Counted from the first letter of the stretch, positions 30,543 to 41,019 are shown. The stretch is 64,000 nt of DNA from Candidatus Latescibacterota bacterium (GCA_965205975.1 OZ242195.1:1888001-1952000); one strand, 5' to 3'. The notes: generated from the sequence alone by a model not told the origin. Numbers and translations: made by a program.

Positions 30543-32148
30543 ATGCGTTTTCTTCCACAACCACAACGCGGTCCACCCCAACATCTTCCAACACCTGCAC
30601 ACGCCCACTCACCCAACGCACCTCAATTCGATCCACGCGACGCGCATTGCCCAGCCCAAAATGAAGTCGCAAATCGCTCGCCGACAAATAGCTCGACTGA
30701 CTCCGAACCTCGCGCACCTGGATCTTTCCCCCCGCGCTCACGTGTACTACTGCCCCAATCCCATCCCTATTTGAAAACCCCTGTCTCGTCTCCTGAATAC
30801 CCCCCACCAGTTTTACAACGATCCAGTGTCCCGCGTCCCTACCCTCATTGCGAAACACCCGCGCTCGCTGTCCCGAATGCAGCACCACCAGATCCAGATC
30901 GCCATCCCCATCCAGATCGCCAATCGCCGACCCGCGACTTACCCCCGGTACTTCAACGCCCGCATTGACCATCTCAAATCGCCCGCCCATATTGCGAAGT
31001 ATCTGATCCCCCTGTAAATAGGACTCAGCCCTGGAAAACGCCTGTACATTCGGAAAAATATGTCCATTTGCCACAAACAGATCCAGATCGCCATCATTGT
31101 CATAATCTAAAAAATGGGTGCCAAATCCCAGAGGCAGAAGAGACACCCCCGCAATTCCGGTTGGCACACTTCCCTCCATAAAAAAACCACCCGCCATGCT
31201 CTGATAAATCGCATTGGTCTCATAAGAAAAATTCGTCACAAAAATATCCGACCGCCCATCCCCATCGATATCCCCTACATCAACCCCCATCCCCGCCTGC
31301 GTCCTCCCCTCTGCATTAAACGCCACGCCCGCCTCTATCCCCACATTTTCAAACCGTCCCCCCACGTTGCGATACAAAAAATTTGGCGTCGTATCATTTA
31401 CCACATAGAGATCGGTATCCCCATCCCCATCATAATCCAGACTCACCACCCCAAGCCCTTTGCCCGAAGGATCCGCCACACCTGCTTCAAAAGAAACATC
31501 CGTAAATAGTCCATTCCCCTCATTCCGATAAAGCAAATCCGGCGCACCCTCAAAATAGCCCGGATCGCAATACGTGCGAATGCCCATCCGCTCGCAATGC
31601 GGCTCGGTTTTCATATCATAAGTCAAATAGCGCACCACATACAAATCCAGATCGCCATCCCCATCCGCATCAAAAAAAGTGGCACCAGTAGACCACCCAC
31701 CGCCATCCACCCCCGCCTTTTTCTCCACAAAACCGCCACGACCATCATTTTGATACAGCACATTGGCATCATAACCCGTCGTATAAAGATCGAGATCGCC
31801 ATCATTGTCATAATCCCCAATCGTACACCCCATCCCATACCCCACACCAGGCGCGCCTGGAACAGCCGAAAAGCGAAACCCACCATCGTTCCGGTAAAGC
31901 GCGTTCTCACCCACCGCCTGCCCGTGTTCCCCATTGACAAAATACAAATCGAGATCGCCATCTCCATCCGCATCAAACACTGCACAGCCCGACCCCATGG
32001 TCTCCAAATAATGCCAATTTCCCCGTGCGCCAGTCCGATGCACAAACGATATGCCAGACGCTTCTGTGACCTCCACAAATTGCTCTGCGGCAACAGAACT
32101 CGAAAATAAAAGAAGCCATAAAAAATAAAGTGCATAAAAGAAAAACAT
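30523..32148 (-). CDS. CRTAC1/ASPIC-UnbV family protein
   Basis: 'ETMGSG..FDADGDGDLD', many DxDGDGD repeats, 'SYLS.SDLRLHFGLG'. Confidence 0.9.
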   Translation of the reverse strand: MFFFYALYFLWLLLFSSSVAAEQFVEVTEASGISFVHRTGARGNWHYLETMGSGCAVFDADGDGDLDLYFVNGEHGQAVGENALYRNDGGFRFSAVPGAPGVGYGMGCTIGDYDNDGDLDLYTTGYDANVLYQNDGRGGFVEKKAGVDGGGWSTGATFFDADGDGDLDLYVVRYLTYDMKTEPHCERMGIRTYCDPGYFEGAPDLLYRNEGNGLFTDVSFEAGVADPSGKGLGVVSLDYDGDGDTDLYVVNDTTPNFLYRNVGGRFENVGIEAGVAFNAEGRTQAGMGVDVGDIDGDGRSDIFVTNFSYETNAIYQSMAGGFFMEGSVPTGIAGVSLLPLGFGTHFLDYDNDGDLDLFVANGHIFPNVQAFSRAESYLQGDQILRNMGGRFEMVNAGVEVPGVSRGSAIGDLDGDGDLDLVVLHSGQRARVFRNEGRDAGHWIVVKLVGGIQETRQGFSNRDGIGAVVHVSAGGKIQVREVRSQSSYLSASDLRLHFGLGNARRVDRIEVRWVSGRVQVLEDVGVDRVVVVEENASADERR

Positions 32149-32233
32149 AATAGTCCTACCACAATACAAAGTCCGAATAGACGAAGAGATGAACCCTGCC
32201 CAAACCCCAAAGTCGTTACAACCTCCGTCGCTG

Positions 32234-32271
32234 ATGAACTGGCCTGAGAGACGGCCAGTTGTACACCGCTC
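32234..32271. repeat. REP-like palindromic element, family A copy 2
   Basis: ATGAACTGGCCTGAGAGACGGCCAGTTGTACACCGCTC. Confidence 0.75.
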
Positions 32272-33763
32272 ATTCGCGTTTTTTTTCTATGGATGCCTTT
32301 GCCGCCATTGCCTCTGCCTCTACTTTCCGCCCTGCCCGACCATAGAGAACCGACAACTGAAGATACAACTCGCGTGGATCTTCCGCCCCCTCAATCACCT
32401 GATCGTACAACGCCCTTGCCGCGTCCATATCTCCCGCCACCGCATATGCCACACCCAATCGCACCAGCAATCCCGCAGAATACGCAACCTGATCTGCCCT
32501 GGTCTGATATGTCGAGATGCACTTATCTAAATGTCCCGTCTCTGCCTGTGTCTGGCTAATCTGATCGTAAATATAAAACGCGGCATAGGCAATAGGATCC
32601 ATAGCCACAATCCGCTCATAGCCTTCCACCACATCGCGCGACAACCCATCGGCACACAAAAACATATCTGTCCTGTGTCTCAATGCCTCGTCAGATACCA
32701 TGCCTCCTTCACCCAGCGCAAAAGCCGCGTCATAAGACCGCCGCGCTCGCTCTACGTCTCCCAACACCTGATAGGATTGTCCCAGAGCCAGATACACCAG
32801 GGGGACCTCTGGACTAAACCGCCACGGCAAATCCGGATCTTCCACCAGATCGACCGCTTCCCTATAAACCTCTATAGCTTTATCGTGATGCCCCAATCTC
32901 ACAAACCTGTCTCCGAAATCCAGCAAATCGGCTACCTTATCAAATCGCACGGGCAACACATACTGATCTCGAACCGCGTACCGGTGACGCTCGTCAAAAA
33001 ACTTAAACGCCTCCCACGCATGTCGCGCCGATAGCGAATCACCCGATACCTGATACGCCTGTGCCAGTCCATAATGACCTTTGGGATCTTCAAAATCTAT
33101 TTTTGTCGCCCGTTTGTATGCAGATATAGCAGACGCATACTTACCATGCATCATCATAAGTTGTCCGATTTCCAGATGTGCCTCTTTGCGATCCGAAAAC
33201 ATATGGACAGCCTTTTGAAATGCCTCCAGCGCCTCGTCGTAACGCGCTTGCCTAACCAGCGCAAGACCATATCCGTAAACCGCCAGATCGTCCGTCGGGT
33301 CTCGCTCCAAAACAGCCTTAAACGCCTCTTCCGCATCGGAATACACCCCCGCCAATTCGGCCACAAAACCCAGATTCCGGTAAAACATTGTCTCATCGGG
33401 TTTAAGCGCGACCGCCTGCCCAAATGCTTCAATCGCCGGACTGTAATTGCGCTGAAAAAAATACACCACCCCAAGATCGTTGTGCGCGCCTGCATCCTCT
33501 ATTTTCAGATGAATGGCCCGCCGCAAATTCTCCCCGGCCTCTTGCAAATCGCCCTGCCGCGTCACAATCTGGAGCCATCCCAAAAATCGGTATGCATCCG
33601 CCGCTGTCGAATCGGCTGTGATCACATCCTCGCACCGCACCATTGCCCCGTAATAATTGCCCTTAATAATATCGACCAGCACCGAATCCATCTGTGATGG
33701 CTCAACATTTGAGACAAACAGCATCCACACCATTAGCCCATAACCAAATCTTTTCAAAATCAC
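32270..33763 (-). CDS. Tetratricopeptide repeat protein
   Basis: Multiple TPRs ('AHNDLGVVY', 'YRNLG', 'HYGLAQAY'); GTG start after GAGGAGG. Confidence 0.85.
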   Translation of the reverse strand: MILKRFGYGLMVWMLFVSNVEPSQMDSVLVDIIKGNYYGAMVRCEDVITADSTAADAYRFLGWLQIVTRQGDLQEAGENLRRAIHLKIEDAGAHNDLGVVYFFQRNYSPAIEAFGQAVALKPDETMFYRNLGFVAELAGVYSDAEEAFKAVLERDPTDDLAVYGYGLALVRQARYDEALEAFQKAVHMFSDRKEAHLEIGQLMMMHGKYASAISAYKRATKIDFEDPKGHYGLAQAYQVSGDSLSARHAWEAFKFFDERHRYAVRDQYVLPVRFDKVADLLDFGDRFVRLGHHDKAIEVYREAVDLVEDPDLPWRFSPEVPLVYLALGQSYQVLGDVERARRSYDAAFALGEGGMVSDEALRHRTDMFLCADGLSRDVVEGYERIVAMDPIAYAAFYIYDQISQTQAETGHLDKCISTYQTRADQVAYSAGLLVRLGVAYAVAGDMDAARALYDQVIEGAEDPRELYLQLSVLYGRAGRKVEAEAMAAKASIEKKRE

Positions 33764-33771
33764 CAACCTCC

Positions 33772-35727
33772 TCAATACAAATGAATCCAATGTCCCCGTC
33801 CCATAAACCACAACACATCCACCGCAAACGACACGCCAACCCCCAGTGAATACCCCGAAAGCAATCCCGTAAACAACGGACGATACCGCCGATAAAGCGT
33901 CACACCGCCAATTTTCACAATCAGAAACTTACACGCCCAGGCAATAAAAATGGACCACGTCGCTTTCGTGGCGCGACCACTTCCACCCACTGCAAATCCA
34001 ATCGGATGCAATGGCCACCAGGGCAAGCGGTAGCGCAACACCGTCAACAGCGTCATACCCACCACGCCAACCCCGAAAAACATCAGACGAGAAGACGCTG
34101 GTCCCTGAGGGCTTTGCATCATGTTCACAGCCCGCGCAAACACGCTATCGCGGCCATAGCGAAACGGAAACCCCCCAAAATTATACGCGCCCTGTTCATA
34201 ACCCCATCCCAGACTCAAATAAATACACAGGGGAATCCCCACCAGCAGCGCCAGCCCCATGCTCTTGCCCAGTCGCCTTTGATCGGTACCGGCCAGATCA
34301 CCCATCTTCGCACTATTGGCCAGAGACGACATAAACATGCCCTTGCCGTGAAAAAACAGCCCCTCTGTAAATGCCAGCGTTGTAATCGTCCCCCCCGCCA
34401 TAGATACCGACCCCAAAACATTGGTCACCAATGTCTGCGGACTCACCCCCCATGCCAGATAGAGCAATCCACTCTCACACACCACCTTTGCCAGCCCCAA
34501 ACATACCCCGTAGAGCGCGAGCAAAAACAGAACGCCGATGTACCACTCAATCCCTGCCATACACAGCCATAGCAAACAAAACCCCGACCCCAGAATCACG
34601 CCCAATACAGCTGTGCGGTAAGACACCATTTCACCCGAATCATCCACCCCGTACTTCGTATTGATCGCTTTTCTCACCACATCCCGCAGATGATGCCTCG
34701 CCGTCCACAATGCCCACCAGACCAGCGCGAACAACGCTCCCAGATTTTCCCATGCACTCGCCGCACCCGTTCCCGGTCCCAAATCCAGACCAATGCGGTT
34801 GAAAATCCCATTCTGCGCCCAGTAAACCAGATAAAAAAACCAGAGACTAAACAACACATCCAGATTGGCGAAATAACCAAACCCGATAATGTACAAATTG
34901 ACCCGGTTGGTCATCGCGGGGAACCCATCGATAAATACCAGATCTTTGCGTCCAAAAAAATTGATGCGAGGCCAGGCATCCCAAAAATACCACACAAAAT
35001 TCCATGCCAAAAGTCCAAAACCCAAAACAAACCCAAACCAGAACAGCTTATTCCGCATCAGGCCTGACAATATTCCCCCAACGCCGTCGTCTTCAATCAG
35101 ATCGGACACCGGTGAAATCAGGGGATAGACCAGACGCTCGTTTTCCACCCATTGCTTTCTCAGCATCACCGCCATACACAGCAGCACAAAAGTCAGCACC
35201 CCGATCAAACACATCCACCAGAATAACGGCATAATCCAGACCGACCAAGGCACTGCGCCTGAGGGCAGTCCCTCAAAAAACCCCTGCATGGCACCGCGCT
35301 CATTCAAAGGCGCCAACCACGAAGGGATAGTCGGATGCAACAGGGCTTCCCATTGATTCTCTGGCGAGGCAAAATAATACGGCGCAGCCAGTACCCCCAG
35401 AAAAAATCCCAAAAGACCGCTACCGGGGATATGTGCCCCAATTAATCCCATTGCGGCAACAGTCAAAAGCTCTGAACGCGAGAGCATATACCCTGGATAA
35501 ATCCATTTCAAAAGCGGGTTCAAACCCAAAACCACAACCACAAACCACATAAAAAAACCCACAGGGAAGTGACTCACATTCATAGAAGACGACCGCGCCA
35601 CCGGCTCGGAAAATGTAATCACCGCGACCTCTGCACAGACCAGCACCAGGCCCAGCAACACAGCGCGGGCGGTCACACCCCGGTCGGCTGACTGAATCGC
35701 AACAGATGTATCAAAAGCCAGACTCAT
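33772..35727 (-). CDS. DUF6785/DUF6784-like polytopic membrane protein (paralog 2)
   Basis: 'RKQWVENERLVYPL', 'WWPLHPIG'; collinear with 26150-28096. Confidence 0.7.
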   Translation of the reverse strand: MSLAFDTSVAIQSADRGVTARAVLLGLVLVCAEVAVITFSEPVARSSSMNVSHFPVGFFMWFVVVVLGLNPLLKWIYPGYMLSRSELLTVAAMGLIGAHIPGSGLLGFFLGVLAAPYYFASPENQWEALLHPTIPSWLAPLNERGAMQGFFEGLPSGAVPWSVWIMPLFWWMCLIGVLTFVLLCMAVMLRKQWVENERLVYPLISPVSDLIEDDGVGGILSGLMRNKLFWFGFVLGFGLLAWNFVWYFWDAWPRINFFGRKDLVFIDGFPAMTNRVNLYIIGFGYFANLDVLFSLWFFYLVYWAQNGIFNRIGLDLGPGTGAASAWENLGALFALVWWALWTARHHLRDVVRKAINTKYGVDDSGEMVSYRTAVLGVILGSGFCLLWLCMAGIEWYIGVLFLLALYGVCLGLAKVVCESGLLYLAWGVSPQTLVTNVLGSVSMAGGTITTLAFTEGLFFHGKGMFMSSLANSAKMGDLAGTDQRRLGKSMGLALLVGIPLCIYLSLGWGYEQGAYNFGGFPFRYGRDSVFARAVNMMQSPQGPASSRLMFFGVGVVGMTLLTVLRYRLPWWPLHPIGFAVGGSGRATKATWSIFIAWACKFLIVKIGGVTLYRRYRPLFTGLLSGYSLGVGVSFAVDVLWFMGRGHWIHLY

Positions 35728-36635
35728 TACTCTTTCTCCAGCTTATCCAGTTTCCGGCTGAAAACCAATTCAATCTCTGCTTTGATATCATCAATAGGCT
35801 TTGGATCGCCTGCCATACGCACCTGCGGCAATCCCAAACCGATCTTCATATTGTGAGAAAGCACAAGCCCGCGGTCGATATCGATCTCCCACTCGGCATT
35901 CCCCGATCCCTTGCCATCAATCACAAGCGACAACACCTCAATGTGAAACCAAATTCGGTAATGTACCTCGCGCTCCTCCTCAATCTCCACCACCCGGTAC
36001 CCCTTTTGCTCTTTGACCTTCTTCAGCTTATACGCACTGTTAAACTGCACAAGTGACGGCTCTAAACCAGCATCGAAATCGTAAAACGGCACCTCAATGC
36101 GCTGCTCACCCTCCCATGTATCCCCGACCGACACCGCCCGGTCGGGCAGCACGGGCGCGAGACCGGGCATCCAGACCTGCCGCAAATCCGTAATCATATC
36201 CTTGCGCTTAGCCTTGAAAGCCGAAAAATCGGGACCAAACGCACCCACCTGTCCCCCGGGCGCAATCTCCCAGGCAAACGAAAGGTCGTTCAACAAATCC
36301 AGGGTATAGGGGAATTGCTCATAGGTCAACCGCTCACCCGTCAATATGGCCTGGCTCCCGGCCTTATCTACTCTGGCAGTCACTTTCACGCTATCGCCCC
36401 CTCCGACCACCATTTCTCGGCTCCGCCATTCCCCATACCCCTGCATAGTAAACGAGCCTTCTCTCAAAATCATCTCGGCCTTATCGCTAAAATAGTCCAG
36501 GCGATACTTGTTCTTATAGCGAGCGATTCGCCCTTCGGGATACTGCAACTTCAACACCACCTGATCCGTAGCACAAACCTCCCCTCCCACCACCAGAATC
36601 CCTATCGCACATAGAACCCATCTCAAGATCTTCAT
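35727..36635 (-). CDS. Hypothetical exported beta-rich protein
   Basis: Signal-peptide-like N-terminus, 'LPDRAVSVGDTWE' motif, AAGGAGG RBS. Confidence 0.65.
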   Translation of the reverse strand: MKILRWVLCAIGILVVGGEVCATDQVVLKLQYPEGRIARYKNKYRLDYFSDKAEMILREGSFTMQGYGEWRSREMVVGGGDSVKVTARVDKAGSQAILTGERLTYEQFPYTLDLLNDLSFAWEIAPGGQVGAFGPDFSAFKAKRKDMITDLRQVWMPGLAPVLPDRAVSVGDTWEGEQRIEVPFYDFDAGLEPSLVQFNSAYKLKKVKEQKGYRVVEIEEEREVHYRIWFHIEVLSLVIDGKGSGNAEWEIDIDRGLVLSHNMKIGLGLPQVRMAGDPKPIDDIKAEIELVFSRKLDKLEKE

Positions 36636-36660
36636 AGCATCCTCCTTCCCGATGCCTTCT

Positions 36661-38880
36661 CTATCCACCTGGCCTCTTTCTTCTTTCCCGGATCAACACT
36701 TCCAACTCGCGCACAGCATTCGCATCTCTCGCAATTTGCCGGTATCTATCCAACGCCGCCTCAGCCTCCACCTCCCGCCCAGCCTCTGCACAGACCAGTG
36801 CCAGATTGTAATAAGGTACAGCGTAATTGGGGTCGGACTCAATGGCTTTCCGGTACCAATAGATTGCCACATCCAGAGAATCCCGAAGCGTATATGTATC
36901 CCCCAGATCGGTATAATCCCGGGCTGTGCCGGGACGCGTTCTAAACCCCTTCCGAATATCAGCCTCCCACAACTCGCAGGCGTGATGCAGAGGTGCAACC
37001 AGAGTCGAATCCCTTGCCGCTGCTTCCCGCCACATTTTTACCGCCTCCGAGAATTGCCTATTCCTGACAAACACAGTACCAAGCCCCGCATAAGCATCTG
37101 CCATTCCGGGCCAGACCTTCAGAGCCTGCCGAAACGCAATCTCCCCGGCCAGGTCATCACCTTGTTGCAATGCCTCAATGCCCACCTGCACCTGTGCCTC
37201 TGGATCATCGGCAAGAAGACCTGTCACTATTGTCCGATATTCCGTCAGAGCTTCCGATAGCTTATTACCCCCATCGCCCGATAGATTCACACCCTCCAGC
37301 ATCGAAGCCGCCCGTATGCGCACCAAACGCGAGGGATCATCCAGCCGCTCGGCTACGGCCTCAATACTCGCATCGCTCCCATGCCCCATCAATCCCTCTA
37401 TCGCCCGGGTGCGTACCATCGGATGCGGATCGTCCAGAGCATCTATCAAAGCCTTTTCAGCCCTCTCATCAGCCTGTCTGCCCAGCAATACGGCTGCCGA
37501 AGCCCGCAACACCATACTCTGGTCTTTCGAAAGCGCGATCAAACCATCCAGAGCCTTTGGATCTCCCATCCGTCCCAGAACAATTGCTTCAGCCTGAGCC
37601 ACTTCATCCGCCTGTGAACCCCACCACGTTTTTACCCAACTCGCCGCCCAGTTGGGCGTTTGATCGCTATGGCATTCGTTGCACGCATTTGGAATGCCAA
37701 ACCGAACCGTATTTTCCGGTACCGGCGACAGGATGCGGTGGTCGTATATCCCAATGCGCTTCACCTCTTCTACAGGTGGCATATGGCAATCCACGCACCC
37801 CACCGTCTTGTGATTGCTATGCCTTTCAACAGGCTCTCCCACATCCACCCTGTGACAGTCCAAGCACACCCGGTCATAGGTTGCAGCGCGGGTCTCGCCT
37901 TCTCCTCTCACAGGACCCAGATGATGAGAATCGTGACAACCCGCACACGTCAGATGCCCCACCGTATAACACGAACTCATCAAAAAAGCCAGCGTGTTGT
38001 AGTTCAGTTCGCGGTAGCGTCCATCTGCCCAGAACTTTTCGCTGTCCAGCACTTCCAATTCGTAAAAGTCGTAAAACGGATCGCCCGGCTGATATCCCTC
38101 TTTGATAATCCTTTTATGTGCATGGCACTGTGCGCAGACCTCCACTGACTGCTCCGAACTCAAAAATTGCAAATTTACCAGTGTCGTATCCCGCGCTGGC
38201 ACCTGATCCGGCAACGCTTTCCAGAATGCCACATGTTGGCCTCCAGATCCATGACATGTTTCGCAATTGATACTCAGGTCAGTCCAGCGCGTCGCGTAAG
38301 TGCCCGTCTCTGGATCGTAATTTTTCTCAATCTGACTCGCGTGACAATCGTGACATTGAAAATTCCAATTCCGCCCAAAATTTGTCCAGTAATTGACATC
38401 TCCCGGCGCAAAGCCCTGTGGGTGGTCGAACAACCCCTCCACCGGATCGTACCATGTCTGTTCTCGAACGTCCCAATAGACCGGCAGCACCTGAATACGT
38501 CCACCTTCGAGCGTGGTCAAATACCACTGCGTATCCCGGTCTCCGATCACATATTCAATGGGATAGACCCCCCGTTTCCCATTCGCGCCATCCGTCTCCA
38601 TAAAATAGGTCCCATCCCGCACAAACATTCGAGAAGTCATTCCCCTATACGTATATGTATTGTTCTGTCTGAAATCTCCCCGCACAGCCTCAATCGAAGG
38701 CACCTGCATTGACCGCTGATGCAATGACCTCTGCCATTCTTTATAGGCATTCAGATGACACGTTGCACACGCCTCTGCGCCCGTATATATCGCTTTGGAA
38801 GTTACCGGATGTGGAGGATCTTCCTCACACCCACATACCATTACTACAAAGAGAAAAATCCCCGGGATCACTGCACGCAT
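36661..38880 (-). CDS. Multiheme (8 CxxCH) cytochrome c with HEAT and TPR repeats, probable lipoprotein
   Basis: CATCH, CHDCH, CETCH, CAQCH, CAGCH, CLDCH, CVDCH, CNECH; HEAT 'LIDALDDPHPMVR'; C-terminal TPRs. Confidence 0.88.
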   Translation of the reverse strand: MRAVIPGIFLFVVMVCGCEEDPPHPVTSKAIYTGAEACATCHLNAYKEWQRSLHQRSMQVPSIEAVRGDFRQNNTYTYRGMTSRMFVRDGTYFMETDGANGKRGVYPIEYVIGDRDTQWYLTTLEGGRIQVLPVYWDVREQTWYDPVEGLFDHPQGFAPGDVNYWTNFGRNWNFQCHDCHASQIEKNYDPETGTYATRWTDLSINCETCHGSGGQHVAFWKALPDQVPARDTTLVNLQFLSSEQSVEVCAQCHAHKRIIKEGYQPGDPFYDFYELEVLDSEKFWADGRYRELNYNTLAFLMSSCYTVGHLTCAGCHDSHHLGPVRGEGETRAATYDRVCLDCHRVDVGEPVERHSNHKTVGCVDCHMPPVEEVKRIGIYDHRILSPVPENTVRFGIPNACNECHSDQTPNWAASWVKTWWGSQADEVAQAEAIVLGRMGDPKALDGLIALSKDQSMVLRASAAVLLGRQADERAEKALIDALDDPHPMVRTRAIEGLMGHGSDASIEAVAERLDDPSRLVRIRAASMLEGVNLSGDGGNKLSEALTEYRTIVTGLLADDPEAQVQVGIEALQQGDDLAGEIAFRQALKVWPGMADAYAGLGTVFVRNRQFSEAVKMWREAAARDSTLVAPLHHACELWEADIRKGFRTRPGTARDYTDLGDTYTLRDSLDVAIYWYRKAIESDPNYAVPYYNLALVCAEAGREVEAEAALDRYRQIARDANAVRELEVLIRERRKRPGG

Positions 38881-38890
38881 CGATCTTCCT

Positions 38891-39784
38891 CTATTCTAAA
38901 TAGCTCCCAAAAAAGTCTCGGGCCATTTCGGCTCGTAATCGCTCTCGAATAGCCAGTCGAAATTCTCGGGCACAAATGTACGCGCGTTCGGGACGCAACT
39001 TCTCTCGCAGCCGCGGAAAAAACGACATCAACCCATCGCGCTGATTCTTCGGCAACCCGCAGGACACACCCGTAGCGACCCATGCCGTTAGCATCGCCTT
39101 GCGGGGCTCCGTATCCTCGTTCTGCCAGGCAGAGTGCAATCCCCCGCTACACAAAATCAAAATCTGACCCCGACGCGCGACAGCCGGAACCGGCTCCTGT
39201 TCCAGCCAGGGCGTATCAATTAGTTCGGGCACATGCTCGGGATAAGCCGGCGCAGTATCCGGCGGCTCTGGACGCAACCCGTGGACGCGGGGCAACATCG
39301 CCTTGTGCTCTGGCGTCAAAACCCGACTCCAGTGTTCCATAATCGGACGATGACTACCCGGCAAAATACGCATAGCCCCCCGATGCTTGGGCACGTCATT
39401 GACCCAGAGCCACAACTCAGCGCGCATCCGTCGGGGCGTCGCCTGAAAATCCTCCCATGTCGCCTGGATATCGACATGACACCCATTCCTCCATTGCTCG
39501 CGGCCACTCGCCAAAGGTGCGCTACTCGGTGCGCGTTCGTGGGGTGACAATCCCCACCATAGATGTACGGACTCGGCTTGCAACACCTTCCTGGCGACCT
39601 CCTCCAAATAGGGATGCTGGACAACATCGACATAATCCGGATCTTCATAAGGCGGACGCCCGCTCGCCTTCAGCCGATCCCATGCTGCTTCAGCGCGGTC
39701 CAACTCCTCAGTGGTGAAGGGACTATCAATCGTAACGGCTCCCTCATCATCGTACTGTCTCATTTGTGTATCAGTAAATAGCAT
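38891..39784 (-). CDS. Phytanoyl-CoA dioxygenase (PhyH) family protein; probable +1 frameshift near 38975
   Basis: 'HVD', 'GAMRILPGSH', distal 'LHSAW'. The alternative frame gives the C-terminus VPENFDWLFESDYEPKWPETFLGAI*. Confidence 0.75.
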   Translation of the reverse strand: MLFTDTQMRQYDDEGAVTIDSPFTTEELDRAEAAWDRLKASGRPPYEDPDYVDVVQHPYLEEVARKVLQAESVHLWWGLSPHERAPSSAPLASGREQWRNGCHVDIQATWEDFQATPRRMRAELWLWVNDVPKHRGAMRILPGSHRPIMEHWSRVLTPEHKAMLPRVHGLRPEPPDTAPAYPEHVPELIDTPWLEQEPVPAVARRGQILILCSGGLHSAWQNEDTEPRKAMLTAWVATGVSCGLPKNQRDGLMSFFPRLREKLRPERAYICAREFRLAIRERLRAEMARDFFGSYLE

Positions 39785-39930
39785 GGTTTTTTCCCTTACC
39801 CTTTATTAAAATAGAAATCACTCGAATCATACGATCCATATCAAAATAAACCGAATCATAAGTTTATTGCCTCTCAAGCCGAAATTCAAGCCAAATACCA
39901 GGGGCCTCATAAATAAAAAGATGACAAAAT

Positions 39931-39966
39931 AAAAAGGCAACCGAATAAAAGTTCGGTTGCCTTTTT
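39931..39966. terminator. Intrinsic terminator downstream of the LacI gene
   Basis: AAAAAGGCAACCGAA-loop-TTCGGTTGCCTTTTT. Confidence 0.85.
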
Positions 39967-39990
39967 ACCTGCCTCAACACAAATTTTCTA

Positions 39991-41019
39991 TCATTTTTCA
40001 TTTTTGTTCGCCCCACAGGATTCCCGCACGACCAGACGCGATCTCAAGGTCACTTGACGAGGCGTATCCTGCCCCTCGAGTTGTTCCAGCATCAGATCTA
40101 TAACGGCCTGAGCAATCGCCTCGTATGGCATTGCCAGTGTGGTCAGAGCTGGCGTCATATAAGCCGCAGCTTCTATATCTCCGTTACCTACCACAGCCAC
40201 ATCATCGGGTATGCGAATACCCGATTCCCGTAGCCCCCGACAAACGCCTATCGCGGTATAATCGTCCCGGCATACAAGAGCAGTAAACTGGTCGCCGAGT
40301 TCTTTGCCCAGGCGATACCCCCCTTCTGCATCGATGGTACTGACAGGTGCGTAGTTGGGCGTCAGGCCGTGATTTCGCATCGCCAGGCCATACCCCTTGC
40401 CCTGGTTTGAAAGCGAGGTGTTATCATTCCAGTGCGATCCGAGAAACCCGATCCGCTCGTGACCCAACTTGATCAAATGCTCTGTGGCCTCGTAATACTC
40501 TGCTAACTGGTCCAACACGACCCCGCTCAGGTTTGGAGTCGAATAAAAAAATGTCACTACTGGCACGCGTCCCTTCACAACATCCAAAATACGCTCTGAT
40601 TCTCCTGCGTCCCCTCGCGTATTAATTAAAAGTCCATCTACGCCCCAGGAAACCAATTGCTTGATCTGCACAGTCTGGTCGTCTCGTGGATTTTTAGAAA
40701 TCCGGTTAGAGGCCACTCCCATCATGATCTGATAATCATACTCGTCAGCCGCTTTCAGTATCTGATCGGTCTGATATCCAAACGCCTCCTGGAAAATCTG
40801 GTAGGTCAGCAGACCCAGTGTACCCGTCTTCCCCATCACAATCCCCCGCGCCATCAAATTGGGGCTGTAGTCCATATCGGCGGCTGTTTGCCGCACCAGT
40901 TCTCGGGTCTCCTCCTTCACCAATACCGAAGCGTGTGGAGACAGCGCACGTGAGACTGTTGAATACGAAATACCCAACTGCCTTGCGATATCTTTAATCG
41001 TAGCTTGTTTTTTTTTCAT
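39991..41019 (-). CDS. LacI family transcriptional regulator
   Basis: 'ATIKDIARQLGISYSTVSRAL', 'YSPNLMARG', 'IPDDVAVVG', 'LVVRESC'. Confidence 0.93.
   Translation of the reverse strand: MKKKQATIKDIARQLGISYSTVSRALSPHASVLVKEETRELVRQTAADMDYSPNLMARGIVMGKTGTLGLLTYQIFQEAFGYQTDQILKAADEYDYQIMMGVASNRISKNPRDDQTVQIKQLVSWGVDGLLINTRGDAGESERILDVVKGRVPVVTFFYSTPNLSGVVLDQLAEYYEATEHLIKLGHERIGFLGSHWNDNTSLSNQGKGYGLAMRNHGLTPNYAPVSTIDAEGGYRLGKELGDQFTALVCRDDYTAIGVCRGLRESGIRIPDDVAVVGNGDIEAAAYMTPALTTLAMPYEAIAQAVIDLMLEQLEGQDTPRQVTLRSRLVVRESCGANKNEK

Noticed and set aside
37170..38105. Long antisense or overlapping ORFs (also 29430-30074, 30132-30968, 55485-56303 and others)
   Set aside because: Pro/His/Arg-rich shadows of well-supported opposite-strand genes with no motifs.
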